Shown here: positions 1-13,900 of the stretch, piece after piece
Layout: every line of letters starts with the position of its first letter
Position numbering within the stretch: the first letter of the stretch is position 1
From: Tubiluchus corallicola
Lineage: Eukaryota; Animalia; Priapulida
Direction of reading: 5' to 3'
NCBI GenBank assembly: GCA_030141605.1
Contig: JAQGDQ010000140.1
Span: forward strand, 124,001-188,000
DNA length: 64,000 nt
The notes under the pieces: generated by a model
What the model was told of the DNA's origin: nothing
The model's input: the letters and a program-made list of their open reading frames with translations, nothing else
The model's database searches: none
Program-made: the position numbers and the translations under genes

Positions 1-174
1 TAACTACTTGATAATTATTGGAAAATAATCGACTTACAAATTTTTTTTAGATTCTTGATGGAATGCGGCATGTCGATTGATCGAATAATGTTGTGTAGTG
101 TGCAACTACATGCTGTCCTATAAAGCTACTGGAATAAAACTATCATTGTTTTTGCAACTACATGCACAGTAAAG

Positions 175-441
175 TGTTGACTGAGTCACTGCATTTGCAT
201 TTGAAAGTCTTGCATTCTGCTGACTGCAAGCTGCAGCCACAAGTCACTAGGTTAGACTGAAGACTGAGCAACACTAACCGCAGAGCGCTGTTAACTGGTA
301 ACTTGAGATGTTGACTGAGTCACTGCATTTGCATTTGAAAGTCTTGCATTCTGCTGACTGCAAACTGCAGCTACTAGTCACTAAGTTAGACTGAAGACTG
401 AGCAACACTAACTGCAGAGCGCTGTTAACTGGTAACTTGAG
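175..441. repeat. Tandem duplication, 134-bp unit x2
   Basis: ctgagtcactgcatttgc... occurs at 181 and 315. Confidence 0.9.
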
Positions 442-727
442 GTGACAAACAAGTTCCTAAGTTATCGTATGAATTCAAGTCACTCAACATGAAGCAGAAT
501 ATGAGTAAGACTGAAGGTCCATAACCACTGAAAAAACCACTAAAAAGCAGTTTATTGATCAATGCCAGTTTAAAAATATGCCTTATTATATCTATACATT
601 AAATTATCATTATACATACTGCAGCATCTACAACACTGGATTTACTACAGGGAACTTTCTTAGAGATTTTGAGGGTTAAGTTATCACCTGCATGCAAACA
701 CTGCTCTATTAAAGATATCAATTATTT

Positions 728-3700
728 CTAATTATCAACAGATATCAATTTGAATATGGCACAACTACTGTTCAATTCATCAACATGATCTAGAACCATC
801 GGTAAACATCTCTAGAAAAAAAAACCCAAAATTCAGATAGAAAAATATGATGCTTCAAACTACCACTGTAATTTACCTCATGAAAAAAGATCACATAGAA
901 ACACTAATGCAGGAAGTCCTTGTTTAATGACTCCCCTTTCAGCGACGTTTCGTTTTAATGACGCTGAACGTTTTTCTCACTTAACGACACACCTTTTAAT
1001 TTTAACGATGATTTTTTTTCTTTGTTCAGAGCTATTTTTTATTTTATCAAATTTTTTTACCTGATTTGAAGCATTAAAATGGTACATATTGCATTATTTT
1101 GTTTTAAAAACACATTAGTAAATAGTGCGGTTATTATGATGTTTTCGCCTGCTGATTGACTATGTACAAAATTCTAGTAGCCATTTGTACAAAACCCGAG
1201 TTTAAACTTTATGCCAAGGAATTTTGTTTGTAAGCTGTTGCTACAACAACCAGATTAGTGCTACATGAAATCGTCTCAAGGCCACTCCAGGCAGAGCTTG
1301 GCTTTCACTACGTAGGTTTTAACACTCAGTGCTTAAACGGGACGAGAAAAAAAATCGCTACCAAGTCTATGTAGATATTGTTACAAAAGATAGGTAGTTT
1401 CAAACAAACAGAAAGAAATTAAATAGTAGAAATATGAATAAACCTCGTAAAATTTTTAATTTATGTTATTTAAGCAGTAATTGATTTTTGGTTCTGGAAC
1501 GCATCTCAATTTGTCTACATTACTTCCTACGGAAGCTTTGGTTTCGTTTAACGTCGCATTATGCGGGACCGCTAAGCGAGGACTTACTGTATTAATTTTT
1601 TAGGGAATACAGTAGGACTATGCACTTTATTACATGAAGATGTTACATTTAAAAAGGGGCACACAATCACATCATCTGTGACTGTAGCCACTGGTTTTAT
1701 ATTTCTGTGTTTTTCCTTTCTTATTGCTTATTTACTGACATTGGTGTAAAAGCAAAATTTTTAGAGCTTGTGCTTGGTTACAAATCGACAGTTACGTTTA
1801 CAAGTAATATTATTCATTGTTATTATAGTACATAATAAACTGCCTAATGTTGTTAAAGGAAGAACCAACCTTCGAACAACATTTTTTGCATTTTTATGTG
1901 CAATACAAAATATGCGCAATGTAAAAGGAATTTAAATATCTCCCACCAAACGAACATCGATGCCGGCATATTTTAAAAAAAAAAATGACGTAAACTAGTG
2001 GATGCTGGGCAGCATAAATGCCGTGAGGGTAAGCTGTGTGAAAGTGCAAGTTGCAAAATTTCTACAGTTTGCTTAGAAGTTCTAGTGTTGTGTTTAACTG
2101 TGTTTATCTAGAAATTAATCATTCGATCAATTATAATCAAATTTAAAGTGGTTACGTTACTTTACTCTACAGGATTACACCTTAAAATATGTAAGTAATT
2201 AACATTATTGTGTAAATAATTAATTCACAGATTTCTGTTGACTTTTATATACACATGTAAATTTGACCGCACGTAGTGGTGCTGGGCTGATTACTTAGTT
2301 TATAGATTTCGCTCTATAAGTCAAAAAGGATTCTGCATTGCCTGGCTGAATAAGTGTTGATATCGCATGAAAACCGGATGACACAATTTTTCATCTAAAA
2401 TATTTCGTTTAATTTATTATATTACACTCCTTAACGATGGCCAACTTCAAATGAAATGCACTCGACAGTAAATCATTTGAATATCTATAATTTGGTTATT
2501 AAGTAATTAGTAGCTAGAAAATTCTGCTAATCACAGTCTTAATTAATTAATGATATCGTTAGTTGCCAGCTAATTTGGGAAAATATTTACAATTTCCTTC
2601 AATAACTTCTGATACTTGCAAAAACGGATTCTCATTTTTATGGTCTTTAGTAAAAATTGGTTTGATGACAAAAACCTACCTTTGAAGGAATGTAATCCGC
2701 TCGTTTGGAATATGAATCGCGTTGCTTAGACGTGGAAGACGATCGGCGTAAAAGCGGCGAAGCAGGTGACTCAGAGGGGGAATTGTACGACGGCAATGAC
2801 CAATCAGATTTTTCACTAGATGACGAAGAAATCGACTCAAAAGTGTCGTGGTGCACGAGATTGGCGCGCTTGCGTTTCCGGGCTCTCGATTTGTCTTTTT
2901 TCTTGCTCTCGGTCAAGTCGACAATAGGAGGGTCATTCCGCATCTCTGGAGGGCTAAGTGACCGATCATCCAATTTTGAATGGTCGTGTGACCTAGAATA
3001 ACCATGCGATTTGGATCGATCGCGTGACTTTGTGTGCTCACGGGATTTTGAGCGGTCACGTGATCTAGCATGATCACGTGATTTAGAGTGATAATGTGAC
3101 CTTGCACGATCGTGCGATTTTGAGTGATCTTGGGATGATTTTGAATGATGACGTGATTTCGAGTGGTCATGTGACTTGGGTTTTTCAGTCCGCGATTTAC
3201 CATGTGAATCTTCCTTTCTCGCACGAGACGCAGTGTCGTCTTTCCTGGTTTTAGTCCTACGAGGTTGTTCTACGGAAGTCTTCATCTTCTTGCTTTCTTC
3301 TGCATTCTTTTCTTCGGACGACTCTCGTTTCCGCAACGACACGACAGCTTCACTTGCAGATTGTATGGGTTTGCTACTGTTGTCATCAGCATCCTGGGAC
3401 GTCAAACCAGACTTCTTCAGCAGCACGTAAACTAAATCCGACGGCAGAACAAAAACAGATCCCGATTTGCCAAGAGCTTCTGTGGCTTGAGTGGGCACGG
3501 TAACAGCGGGAGCAACTGCGGGTGATGACTGGGTGCTCGTCGGAGGTGGTTTCTCCGGTGTAACTGGAAGAGCAGAGCTTGCTTCAGGTGTTACACTCTG
3601 GGACGAAGGAGTAACTTCAGGCTTTGTGACTGTGGCCTGCGATGTCGGAGTAACGTCTGGCGTTGCCGTGGCAACAGTGCTTGCTGATGCTGCTGTTTCA

Positions 3701-6700
3701 ACTTTCACTGGAGTTTTGCCATCAGAAAAGACATTTAGAATGGCCTGGAGGCCATGCTGGTGTTGTGGTGTCGTTCTGTGAGCAAGTATCTCCTTTCTGC
3801 TTGCAAACTTTATTCTGAAAAGCGAAAAGAGATATTATCTTACAAAACAAAGTCAAAATTGCCATATGTGAAATAAGCCTCAAAAAGAAAAAGAAAAATA
3901 ATTTATTTAAAGGAAAACAGAATCCAATCTTAAACTGTAGGTCAAGGCAATCTACTCTTTACAATACCGAATTGGAACATACTGTTTCTTTTTGAAGAAT
4001 TATTTACGTGAAAGAATTATCACCACAGAAATGCAGTTTCACATTTGCACAGCTAGTTCTTTGCTGTTACATGCATTTCGTCATTTGTTAGTTGATGCTC
4101 ACTAGCACCTGCATTTTAGAAATGCTTACCACAAGAAACAGGTGCCATACCTCTCAGTTGACAGGCGTTCAGCTATGAAGTTGTACTCATGATGAGTGAC
4201 GAAATTGGTAAATTTGAGATTTGAATTTTAAACTTAAAACTTGCCGAATTTTAGTACAACACACTGCATCTCATACAGTAGCACTATACTTCAATTTTTG
4301 TTTTTTGAAACGTGAGCTCATAGAATGTTTGTGGTGTTGAAAATTATATTCATTTGTGATGTCATTTCAGTTGGGCTTGCCCGCCACTAATTAGATTTTT
4401 AATATATTATTTAATTGTAGAAATAGTTTTGAAGTATTACTGGTGTTAAAATGTATACTTTTTACCGTATTTCAAATCTGGGCAGATATGAAAAATCATC
4501 CTGTTTTCCTTCAACAATCAAGATGTTTGAAGAGTGAACTCTAAAAATCACCAGTCCAACTGAATCTTCATTGCGATATTTATCAATATACAGGCAGCGT
4601 CACAGCTTTCGAGAATACTAATTAGTAATGGAGAAAAACCTTTATTTGGGTCTTGTCTATGAACAAAGCCATGAGCACACCATCATAAGTTTCTAAGTTA
4701 TGAGTCAAGTAGCTGCAATATTTCCAGGAAAAACAAAATTAAATCTGATTGTGAATGAAAGCCTACTAAAATTTCTTCCATATCATGCACTTGAATACAG
4801 GTTAAATACAGGTCAAATACATCCAGCAGTGAAATCTCTGCAAAGAATAGGTACAAAACTTGGAGTTGTGGAAAAAATTTAATATAAATTGGCAAAAAAA
4901 AATCGTAAACAGTTGTCCAGACTTACCTACAAACTGAGCAAAATGTATCTTCAAAACTGACCTGGATAAAAACATAGAAACTTCTGATTATGGCAGTTTT
5001 ATACCCTAAGGGAATTTAATATAGAATTTAATAAAAAGACAGAATGCTAGAAGTTGTGTTCAGCTACCAAGCTACTGAATCCTCGCGGATTGAGTTTCTG
5101 TGTTGCCTTCAGATATTGTAGGTTTCCCATATTGTGTTTCCCCCTATGTTTATTGCTGTGATTCTTCACAGATTTAGACTAATCGTTTACTGTACTGGGA
5201 CTCAAAGTAACAAAAACGAGTAAGGTAGACAGAAACACAAGTAACTTAAAGTAACGAAAATGAATAAGGTAAAGAGATACTTGAGTAACTCAAAGTAACA
5301 AGAATGAATAAACGGACTACTACACAATCGGCAATAATAACTCAACTCTTTCAAAAAATAAGATTAATGAGGAATACAGTAGGCGCCGCTTAATAGAGTC
5401 AATTGCTTAATTACTTAAAACCGCCTGGTATGGGTGGCTTTTATTCAAATATACGTAAAACAGTCGGTTATTGACTCAAATAACTCCGCATAATTGACCC
5501 ACTATTTTTGCGAATAAACAGACTTGCGTGATTTAGAAAAGTATACTTCTTAATTTATTGCTAATTCACTTATATAAATTAATATTTTAAAATATATTTT
5601 CTAATTTTTACTTGCACAAAGGAATTTAGGCATTACTTCATTTCTAAAATTCATTAAAAACCTTTGCGGTGCATACTAAGCTGGTAACACATACTTCTAT
5701 AGCAGTAATACTACACCCATTGGTTAATAGGTTCAGTCGGTTAATTGGGTCAACACACTTAGGTCCCAAAGTGAGTTTATTAAGTGCACCTACTGTAATA
5801 AGATTATCAATGTTTGCTAGGAGGTAATATGGAACAAGATTATTTTTGTTACCAGGCTTTCATCCTGTGCCGCTTCAGTAATGTGGTCAGTCTCAGTATC
5901 TTTTGGCTTTTCCACATCAGTTCTGTAAACACAATAAAATAACATGGCAGTCATTAAACAAATAACATATTTAAAAACATGACTGCTGACAACTAAAGCC
6001 ACGTCTACCAGACATCTGGAATTGCATATGTATTATTGAATCCAGGTAATAAAGTCAAAAGTAACAAAGTCACAGGAAAAAAGTCACAGATAATGAAGTG
6101 AGAGGTAAAAAAGTCAGAGAAAAGTTACAGGAAAAATGAAATAACCCTAACATTAACCTTAACCCTAAGGTATTCAAACAATGATTATTTTCACATACAT
6201 GTAATGCCAACATATATAAATAATGTTGTCAAAATGTACAAGCTATGTATTACCACTTAATAACTTATTTCTGTTTTATTACTTTAGATGTTTAAGGTAC
6301 TTAAATAAATTTTTGTTCATTGACTTGACAATTCTTGTTTGATTATCAGATTGTCTTAGCCGAAAATGTGCTGTTTTGACCATAAATTAATTTGACTTTC
6401 TACTGTGACTTTTTTCCAATGACTTTATTATCGGTCACCGTATTGTTATTGGACACGTAAGAGTACACAGTCGAGTAATGAGCATCATGTGATATATTTT
6501 CCGCAATTTGGAAAAACATCATTACAGGAACCAATCAGCTTTTAGCATCCACCGGGTCTAACACACAATATCGCAATAATGAAAGCCTGATAAACAGTGT
6601 ATTAAATGATTTTTATCTATAATGCACATGCAGCTCTAGATCTCTGGTAAACTTGGCATACTATGGAAGAGCAGCTCAAACTGCAGCAAATAGGTTTTTA

Positions 6701-9700
6701 AAGTATTACATATTTTCCATTCTGTGTATTTGCACAGGAATAACAACTATTACTTATTGCTAAGCAGCGAAAGCAAATACAAGTTTCATAATTCTAAGCA
6801 CAACAATTTTAGAATTTGGCAATAATTGGAAGACTTAATTTAGTCACACTGTGTGACACACCCAAACCAAACTGCATAAAATGTTTGTAACGAAAGTACA
6901 AACATGGCAATGCAAAATAGAAGCAATGGGCTGTTGTTGGAAAACTAGTATATTAGCAGATGTTTTGGTAAGTAAATAAAGGTCTTTTCACTCTCATGAA
7001 AAGTTAACGTTCTCCATGATTACTTTAAGTAGGTATAAACTGAAGTCTAACTTTAAATCTAACCCTAATCCACTTCATGAACTAATTCCTCGCATGCGGG
7101 AAATCGTAAACCCCGTCCATTTTCTGTAGTAAGTAAACTTTAAATAGGAATAAACCTATAGAAAGCAGTAAAGGTAAAAAAAATTAATGATAATATTCAT
7201 TAAAAATACATCTATTTATAAAAGATGTTTTTTGTTTTTACTTAAAGTCTAGCAAACGTGCATTTCCTGTGTGTAAGTCGCTCCGTTTTCCCTTTTAGTG
7301 GCAGGAAAACGGAATAAACTAACTTCATCTTTAGGGAGCAACTTTAAGAACAAGCCAGAGTTAGTTTCTTAGCGGAAAGTCGGCTAATAGATTAGTTTTC
7401 TTATCTTTGTTTCCTATTGCCGTGTCTTTATTAGTGGCTATGAGGTTTCACTTTCCTTCAAGTCCATTTCTATGGTAATAAGAGTAACATGAATTTCTTA
7501 CCCTTTTTCATGATCAACAATCTCTGTGTCTTCCTTCTTTTCTTCACTAATCGGCTTATCAGTGACCTTCTCTTCTTTATTGCTCTCTTCTTTGGTGCTA
7601 ATTTCCTTCTTCTTAGATGCCTCGGTTTTATTTTTATTGTCCTCTAGACTTTTTTGAATTTGAATCTTATTAGACAACGTTTCATCGTCTTTCTTTGTCT
7701 CTGCACTTGAACTTTGAACTTTCAACTTGTCAGATTTTTGCTGATGTTCTTCAGTGCTTCGTAAGTGTCTTTGATCTTTGCTGGTGCTACGAGAAGAATC
7801 TCGATTACGATCCTGTGGTCGTTCAATACTGCGGCGAAGACCCGCATCTCTGTCTGTCCGCTCAGTATTTTGATCATCCTTGGCGTTCCTTATTGCCATG
7901 TCATGTTGATCGCCAGTTTTTCGTTCAATACTAGGGCGGCGTCCTCGTTCTTTGCGGTCTCGCTTTTCTGCGCCAGTGGCACGATGCCCCGCCACGCTGC
8001 GACCAGCATCTTTATGTGCCACTTCCTGTTTGCCCAGTGCTGGTTCTTTATGTTGGTGACCTTTTCTAGAAAGAGGATCTTGTCCAGAATCAAGTGGTCT
8101 ATCTTTGCTGTGAGGTAGATGCTGTGAGAGACTGCGACGCTGAGAGTTGCTGACATTAGAAAACTGTTTTTCAGTATCGCGGCATTGATACTCTACTTGG
8201 TCACATTGCTGCTGAACAGACAGACGATTGTCCGGATTGCGCCGTCGTGCGGGTGATGGGGGTCTGTCGCCAAAAGATTCACGATACACTTCCGGTTCTA
8301 ATCGCCTGTCCTGCCTGTCAAAATTAGAATCATAATTGAGGTCTCTGACATCATCTCTCTCAAAGCTAGGACGCCGCCTGGGCCAGTGTGGCCTATCAAT
8401 GAAACCATCACGATGATGTTGCTCTTGGCGTCTAGCATCTGAAAATCGCTCATCCGTGCCATATCGCGGAACATCGTCAGTTTCACACCGTGAATAATCT
8501 ACACCAAAATATTGGCTTCTATTTACATCAATGTCATGTCCGTGGTTATCATCTCTTTTACGCGGAACTGGCTTGTATGCATCACCAAATGTGTCACTAT
8601 GATGTTGCTCACTATAATGTCTGACTGTGAAAGAGTCACCTTCTGGGTGCCTATCACTTTGTGGGCGCCTACCAAACTCCTCTATTTCAAAACCACCATG
8701 TGACACATTTCTCCTAGCATCACGTTCGTCACGATGGCTTCTCTTGTACCGTCGGTTCCTGTCCTGGCTGGGGTGACTGCGCTGCTCTCTTTCTTGGCTT
8801 CGATGCCGACTTCTGGAGCTGACCGACTGACTGACTGGCTGACTATGTCGATCTGAAGTGCGACGGTCCCTCCTCCTGTCATGCTGTGAATCTCTACTCC
8901 GATGTTGACTGTGTGGTCGGTCCCTTTGCTGCTCAAAGTCGTCAGAAATGTCAAAATTCTCGTCACTAAAAAATTAAAATGCTTTTATAGTCCCACTGAC
9001 AATTCGCAGACTTTTGTCCAAAGGTGAATAAACATGGTTGTGATTTTACCCTTGTAGGCCTTGCATGAGGCAGACAAATTTAGACGGTGGGACCCAGTCC
9101 CCTGTCCCTTTTGTAACAGCGATTACAGCACAGCAGAAAAATAATTTCCTTCTCATTTCAAACATTAGAATGTTTAATGATAGTTTCAAATGAATGGCAC
9201 TGAGTAACAAGTTGTACATTAATAATTTCAAAGTAAAAACATCGTCGGTTTAACTTGCCATGTAAGTGTCATACAAGTCAAGTGAATGCATTTACAAAAC
9301 AGCCGGCTAACCTTAAATTTCAGGTAACTGACTGATAAAGTGAAAGAGCAGGAAGAATAACTTCTAACAGCCAAAAAGATGGTCTGAAATGCAGTATGTA
9401 TGCTGTATGTGTTGTCAGAGGGGAGCTTACAGTACTCCATAGATGCCTGACCTACTTTTTCGTTGGCCTTCCCTTTTTCTAATGCTGTTATTATAAGTTA
9501 TAAGTTATAGGATATACGGCAGTTTACACTTTAAAATGTATGGTTTAGAAAAGCACAAAAAATGTTTATATCAAGAATGTGATAAAGATAAATTCTAGTG
9601 ATGTGGGTTTATGACCCCATTTTATTAATAGACTCCCAAAAGTTACAAAGATGTTAAAAAGCTGAAAAATAGGAGCATCTCAGTCAAGTTCTAATGGGCA

Positions 9701-10857
9701 GAAAAAAGGGACAGCAATGCACCAAACAACTAAAACAATCTATCATCATTGACAAACATTTGTGACATAAAACAACCTCACCTTGAAATTTGATCAACAC
9801 CTGTAGCAGTCCTAGCTGCAGCTTCTTCATTCCTTCTTACTATGTACTAAAAAATAAAAAAGACCTTCGTAAATTCTTTCAAAATTGTTCAGATCAACTA
9901 GCTGTTGGAGTTCTTATGATAAATTTTATACTTGGACTTCAAAGAAAACGATTAAATTTAAAGTAAAAAATTTACTTATTTTTACTGAAAAAAGAGATAC
10001 CCGTAATATAAAGTGGAACAAACAACCTCAGTAATAATGAAGCAAGTCCAAATTATTAAATTTTTAAACAGGAAATCATAGTTCATAAAAGAAAATGAGA
10101 AAAAAATGAGAAAAGAGGATGGCTAAAATCTGGATTTGATCCCAAGACTTGTAAAATATGCTCAATGTCCTAATTACAAAGCTAATCTAACTACCGTATA
10201 TACTCGCATATAAGCCGAATTTAGAACTATAAAATACAATACTGAAATCAGGGGGTCGGCTTATATGCGCATGAACCAAAATGAACACAAGGACAGACAC
10301 CAATGCCAATTTTCCAGCCACACATTTTCATTGCTATCTGACTCTTTATTTGGTTGTGTGTCACCAGTGGTGTATTGGAGGGGGATCGTGGGGGATCGCC
10401 GTCCACCCACTTTTTTTTTTAGAAAAAATTCACATTTCAATAAATGTCTGCTTTTTGTATTCATAAAAGTAAGCATTTTACATCTTTATAGTAAAAAATT
10501 TCTATGAACCAAAAATACCCAATTAACAAAATGTGACAAAAAGGGATCAATTTTGTTGATTGGGTATGGAGTAAAATTAGACAAGTTGATGGTCGGCTTA
10601 TACACGGATTTTTGCAAAAACTGGCCATTTTAAAGCAGTTTTAGGGGGTCGGCTTATATGCGATGTAGGCTTATATGCGAGTATATACGGTAATTGTAGT
10701 TAGTTTTTCAAAAAATACGAGTAAGCTAAAAGTAAAACCCTATAGTAGGTTGTAAGCCATTTGGATAAAATGTGGACCAAGAGATTGTGCCAGATAACTG
10801 CCTCACAGGCCATATTCCATAATGATGGTTGAAACCCAGGGAACTGAAATTATTCTA

Positions 10858-10906
<49 letters not shown>

Positions 10907-13900
10907 TGTGTGTGTGTATGTGTGTGTGCATGCGCGTGTGTGTAATTAAATACCTCCAAGGTGTCTGGAGCCAGAACAAACCCATAGCCAAGTGCTGCTT
11001 GTTCAATTTGTTCTCGAGTGTAAATGCCACGTTGCCTAAGAGAAAAAGAAATCACATTCATGCTAAAAAAAGGGAATCCGAATACTCCTTGCCTTGGGAT
11101 TGAAAGAAAGCACTGAATGATTAGTGAATGTCCAGATCTTAAACACAGGTTTGACATTTTATCTTTTTAATTACTGAGCTAACAAACTTTGCTGAGATTG
11201 CTGAGAAGTCATGACAGAAAAAGGATTTTCTCTATGCTAATCATAGAAGTATTTCCTGAGAATATAAAAAATATGTCACTATTACACGTTAAAGCACAAG
11301 TAAACACTCTTCACACATAAAGCTAAAAAATTCACTTTGAAATTTTATATTAGTTACATACTGTCTTATTTGACAGAGCTTCAATTAACAGTAACGCTGT
11401 ATAAAAAATTTATAAATGCAAATTGTAGCGATCACCGTTAGATTGCAACCATTTTAGCAGTAAGTTGACTGTGACAAGTTTAGACAACGAGTAAAGTTTG
11501 AAAAAGTAATCACAGCATTCGTAGCCCACACTTCACTAACTAAGCAAAAGTTTAAATTACTTTATATTGTGAATAATATTAATAATACGCTTTTTGGTGA
11601 ATAAGTAGTGCACACTGGTATCGCAATGCAGTGCTGTTTTACCAGGTACCGCGAATACCTTAATCAAGAATTTTCTTTTCCAATTACATAAGTTTTTCAA
11701 ACAGCTAAGCGCAATGCAAAGTAATATAACTTTGCATGGAAAGTTTTTTGAGACATACTTTAAAATTCCCTTTCCTTCCTCTTTAAGTAATTTAATCAAT
11801 GAATAAGCACACCTCACTTTAACAAGTAAAATGCAAGCTTAACTAGATTTTAAAATATATCTCCTGCCATTTAAAAATGATGAATACCAAATGCACAAAA
11901 ACCTAACTACTGTAGTTGCACCGACAAATCTCGAATCAATAGCTTAACTACCCACAGCAAAAATTCTTGTGCACTTAGATACTTACGTATTTCTGTGTTC
12001 TTCCGATTTCATATGATACTCCTGTGACTCCCGATCAGCAAAAGGGACACTGCAACAATGGTAAAAACTTGCAATTTGTACAACTACAAACACAATTTTA
12101 TTCTAGTCTTAAAAAATAAACTTTTTGAATGCTGAAGCTAACTTACAAAGCAAAAAAACAGCTGCTGTGGACAATGATTGGCGGATTGTTTTTTCCGTTA
12201 TGCGACTAGCATATTGCTTTGTCTTCAAAGGCCATAGCTTTTGGTGTTCGCTTGGGTGGCTTGGAATGGTTTAGACATCAATAAAAAACAAACATTCAAC
12301 AGTGCTACAAACTTAATAAGATTTCGTAAAACCCAGAAAAAAATCACGAGAATTCGTACAATAGTGCAAAATCACTATGCTTTTGTCAAGATACGAATGT
12401 CAAAGCAATGTTATAAAATAAGAAATTTAACAGAGTCAATGCAATAAGGAAAAAGCAACCAAAACTAGCTAATTTTATTAAAAAGCATGTTAAACCTAAT
12501 TAAAAACTTAAACCTCATTGAAAAGTTGTTGAATCTAATTTAAATGCTAGATTTTTTATTGCCAAAAGCTGTGAATATATGGAGTGTTGGATAATGAAAC
12601 AGATCAAAATCAAAATTACATAACTCATCCACTGTTAATCTAAAAAGGCAGCTCAAAGCATAATTAGAGCAACTAAATCAATAAACAATTATTTTGGCAG
12701 AAAAAGGCAAAATTAAGCAACATATAAGATACAATACGACACCAAGGCAAACATGTAAAGACACAAACGCGAACAAGTTTGTTCTGTTTACACGAGTAAC
12801 TGACAAAAGTACAAGACATAAGACAGGTTTTATAAAATGAACAAATAAAGCAGGTAAGGTTGATGAATCACACAGTTTCCGAAAAGCACCTAAATTACCT
12901 GTAATCAAACCTCAGCCTAAATGAACTACGATAATCACTTTAAATGATCCTAGATATGTGGTCGCTGAAGCAATATAGAGGAAACAGTGAAATGTCAAAA
13001 TTTGGATTTAATAACACTTCGACACAGGCCTGTGTTTAGCTAGATCAGCTTTGTTAGGCACTGTATGTTCATGTATTTATATAAGAGTGTACTTCACTTT
13101 CTTTTGTGACTTTCATGGTTTACTTAATACAGTGTTGTAACACCAGAAAAAATTCCCATTAAAAACAATGAGTCGAGAGACGAGTTTGACCAAGAGTTTT
13201 TATATAATCACAACAGCTTACTTACAGGCATTTATGACAAAATAAATTTGTTTCTATCAAGCCCTCTGGTCTGACGGTATATTGCACCACTGGCATACCA
13301 CTAGACATGTCTACGTTTATATCTCCAAACATGGTTGAGGCCATTTCGCCTGGCATGTTATACATGGGCACTGGCACCATCATTTCGTGATACATTGGTT
13401 GCATAGCCATTTGATCCATCTGTAATTGTGCGGATTCTAGGAAAACCTGCCTAGTGTCATGCTCTGGCATTAAACCAGGTGAGACAACATCTATCTCTTC
13501 CTCATCCCAAGAGATTGGGCTATTGTCTTTGTCGTCTATTAACCTGTCATTATCTTCTGGTTGCCACTATAAGACATGTTTGTGATTAATTACAAAGTTT
13601 GCAGTTAACAAAAATCAAACAGATTTGTGAAACATCAAATTCTTCCCCCATTTGTGTCATTTTGTGACAAGACATTTGACGAAAAACGTTATAACAATTA
13701 GTAATGATATTATATGCAGCCTGTACAGCACCTTTATAAAGTATGTTGCAATACCCACATCATAATTACTTTCACTATTTCATTTATGCATTGGAAGAAT
13801 AAAATTTATCTGTTACCTGCTCCCGTTCATTTCTTTCATTCTGTCCTCTTCTGAAATAGCATCCTCTACCTCCGTATTTTCCTCTGTTGCGACTTCTTCC

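Noticed and set aside
2705-3781. Several plus-strand ORFs overlapping the large exon (likewise 7695-8703)
   Set aside because: Antisense shadows of a GC-richer coding exon with no recognisable motifs.
4698-4895. Possible exon of the zinc-finger gene
   Set aside because: The required phase hits an early stop, and exon 4961-4927 joins 3814 directly to complete the zinc finger.
6142-6170. Telomere-like TAACCC repeats
   Set aside because: Short, degenerate and internal to a MITE-like element; not a telomeric array.
10803-11157. HT-repeat ORFs
   Set aside because: Artefact of the (TG)n microsatellite; only 10954-11035 is a supported exon.
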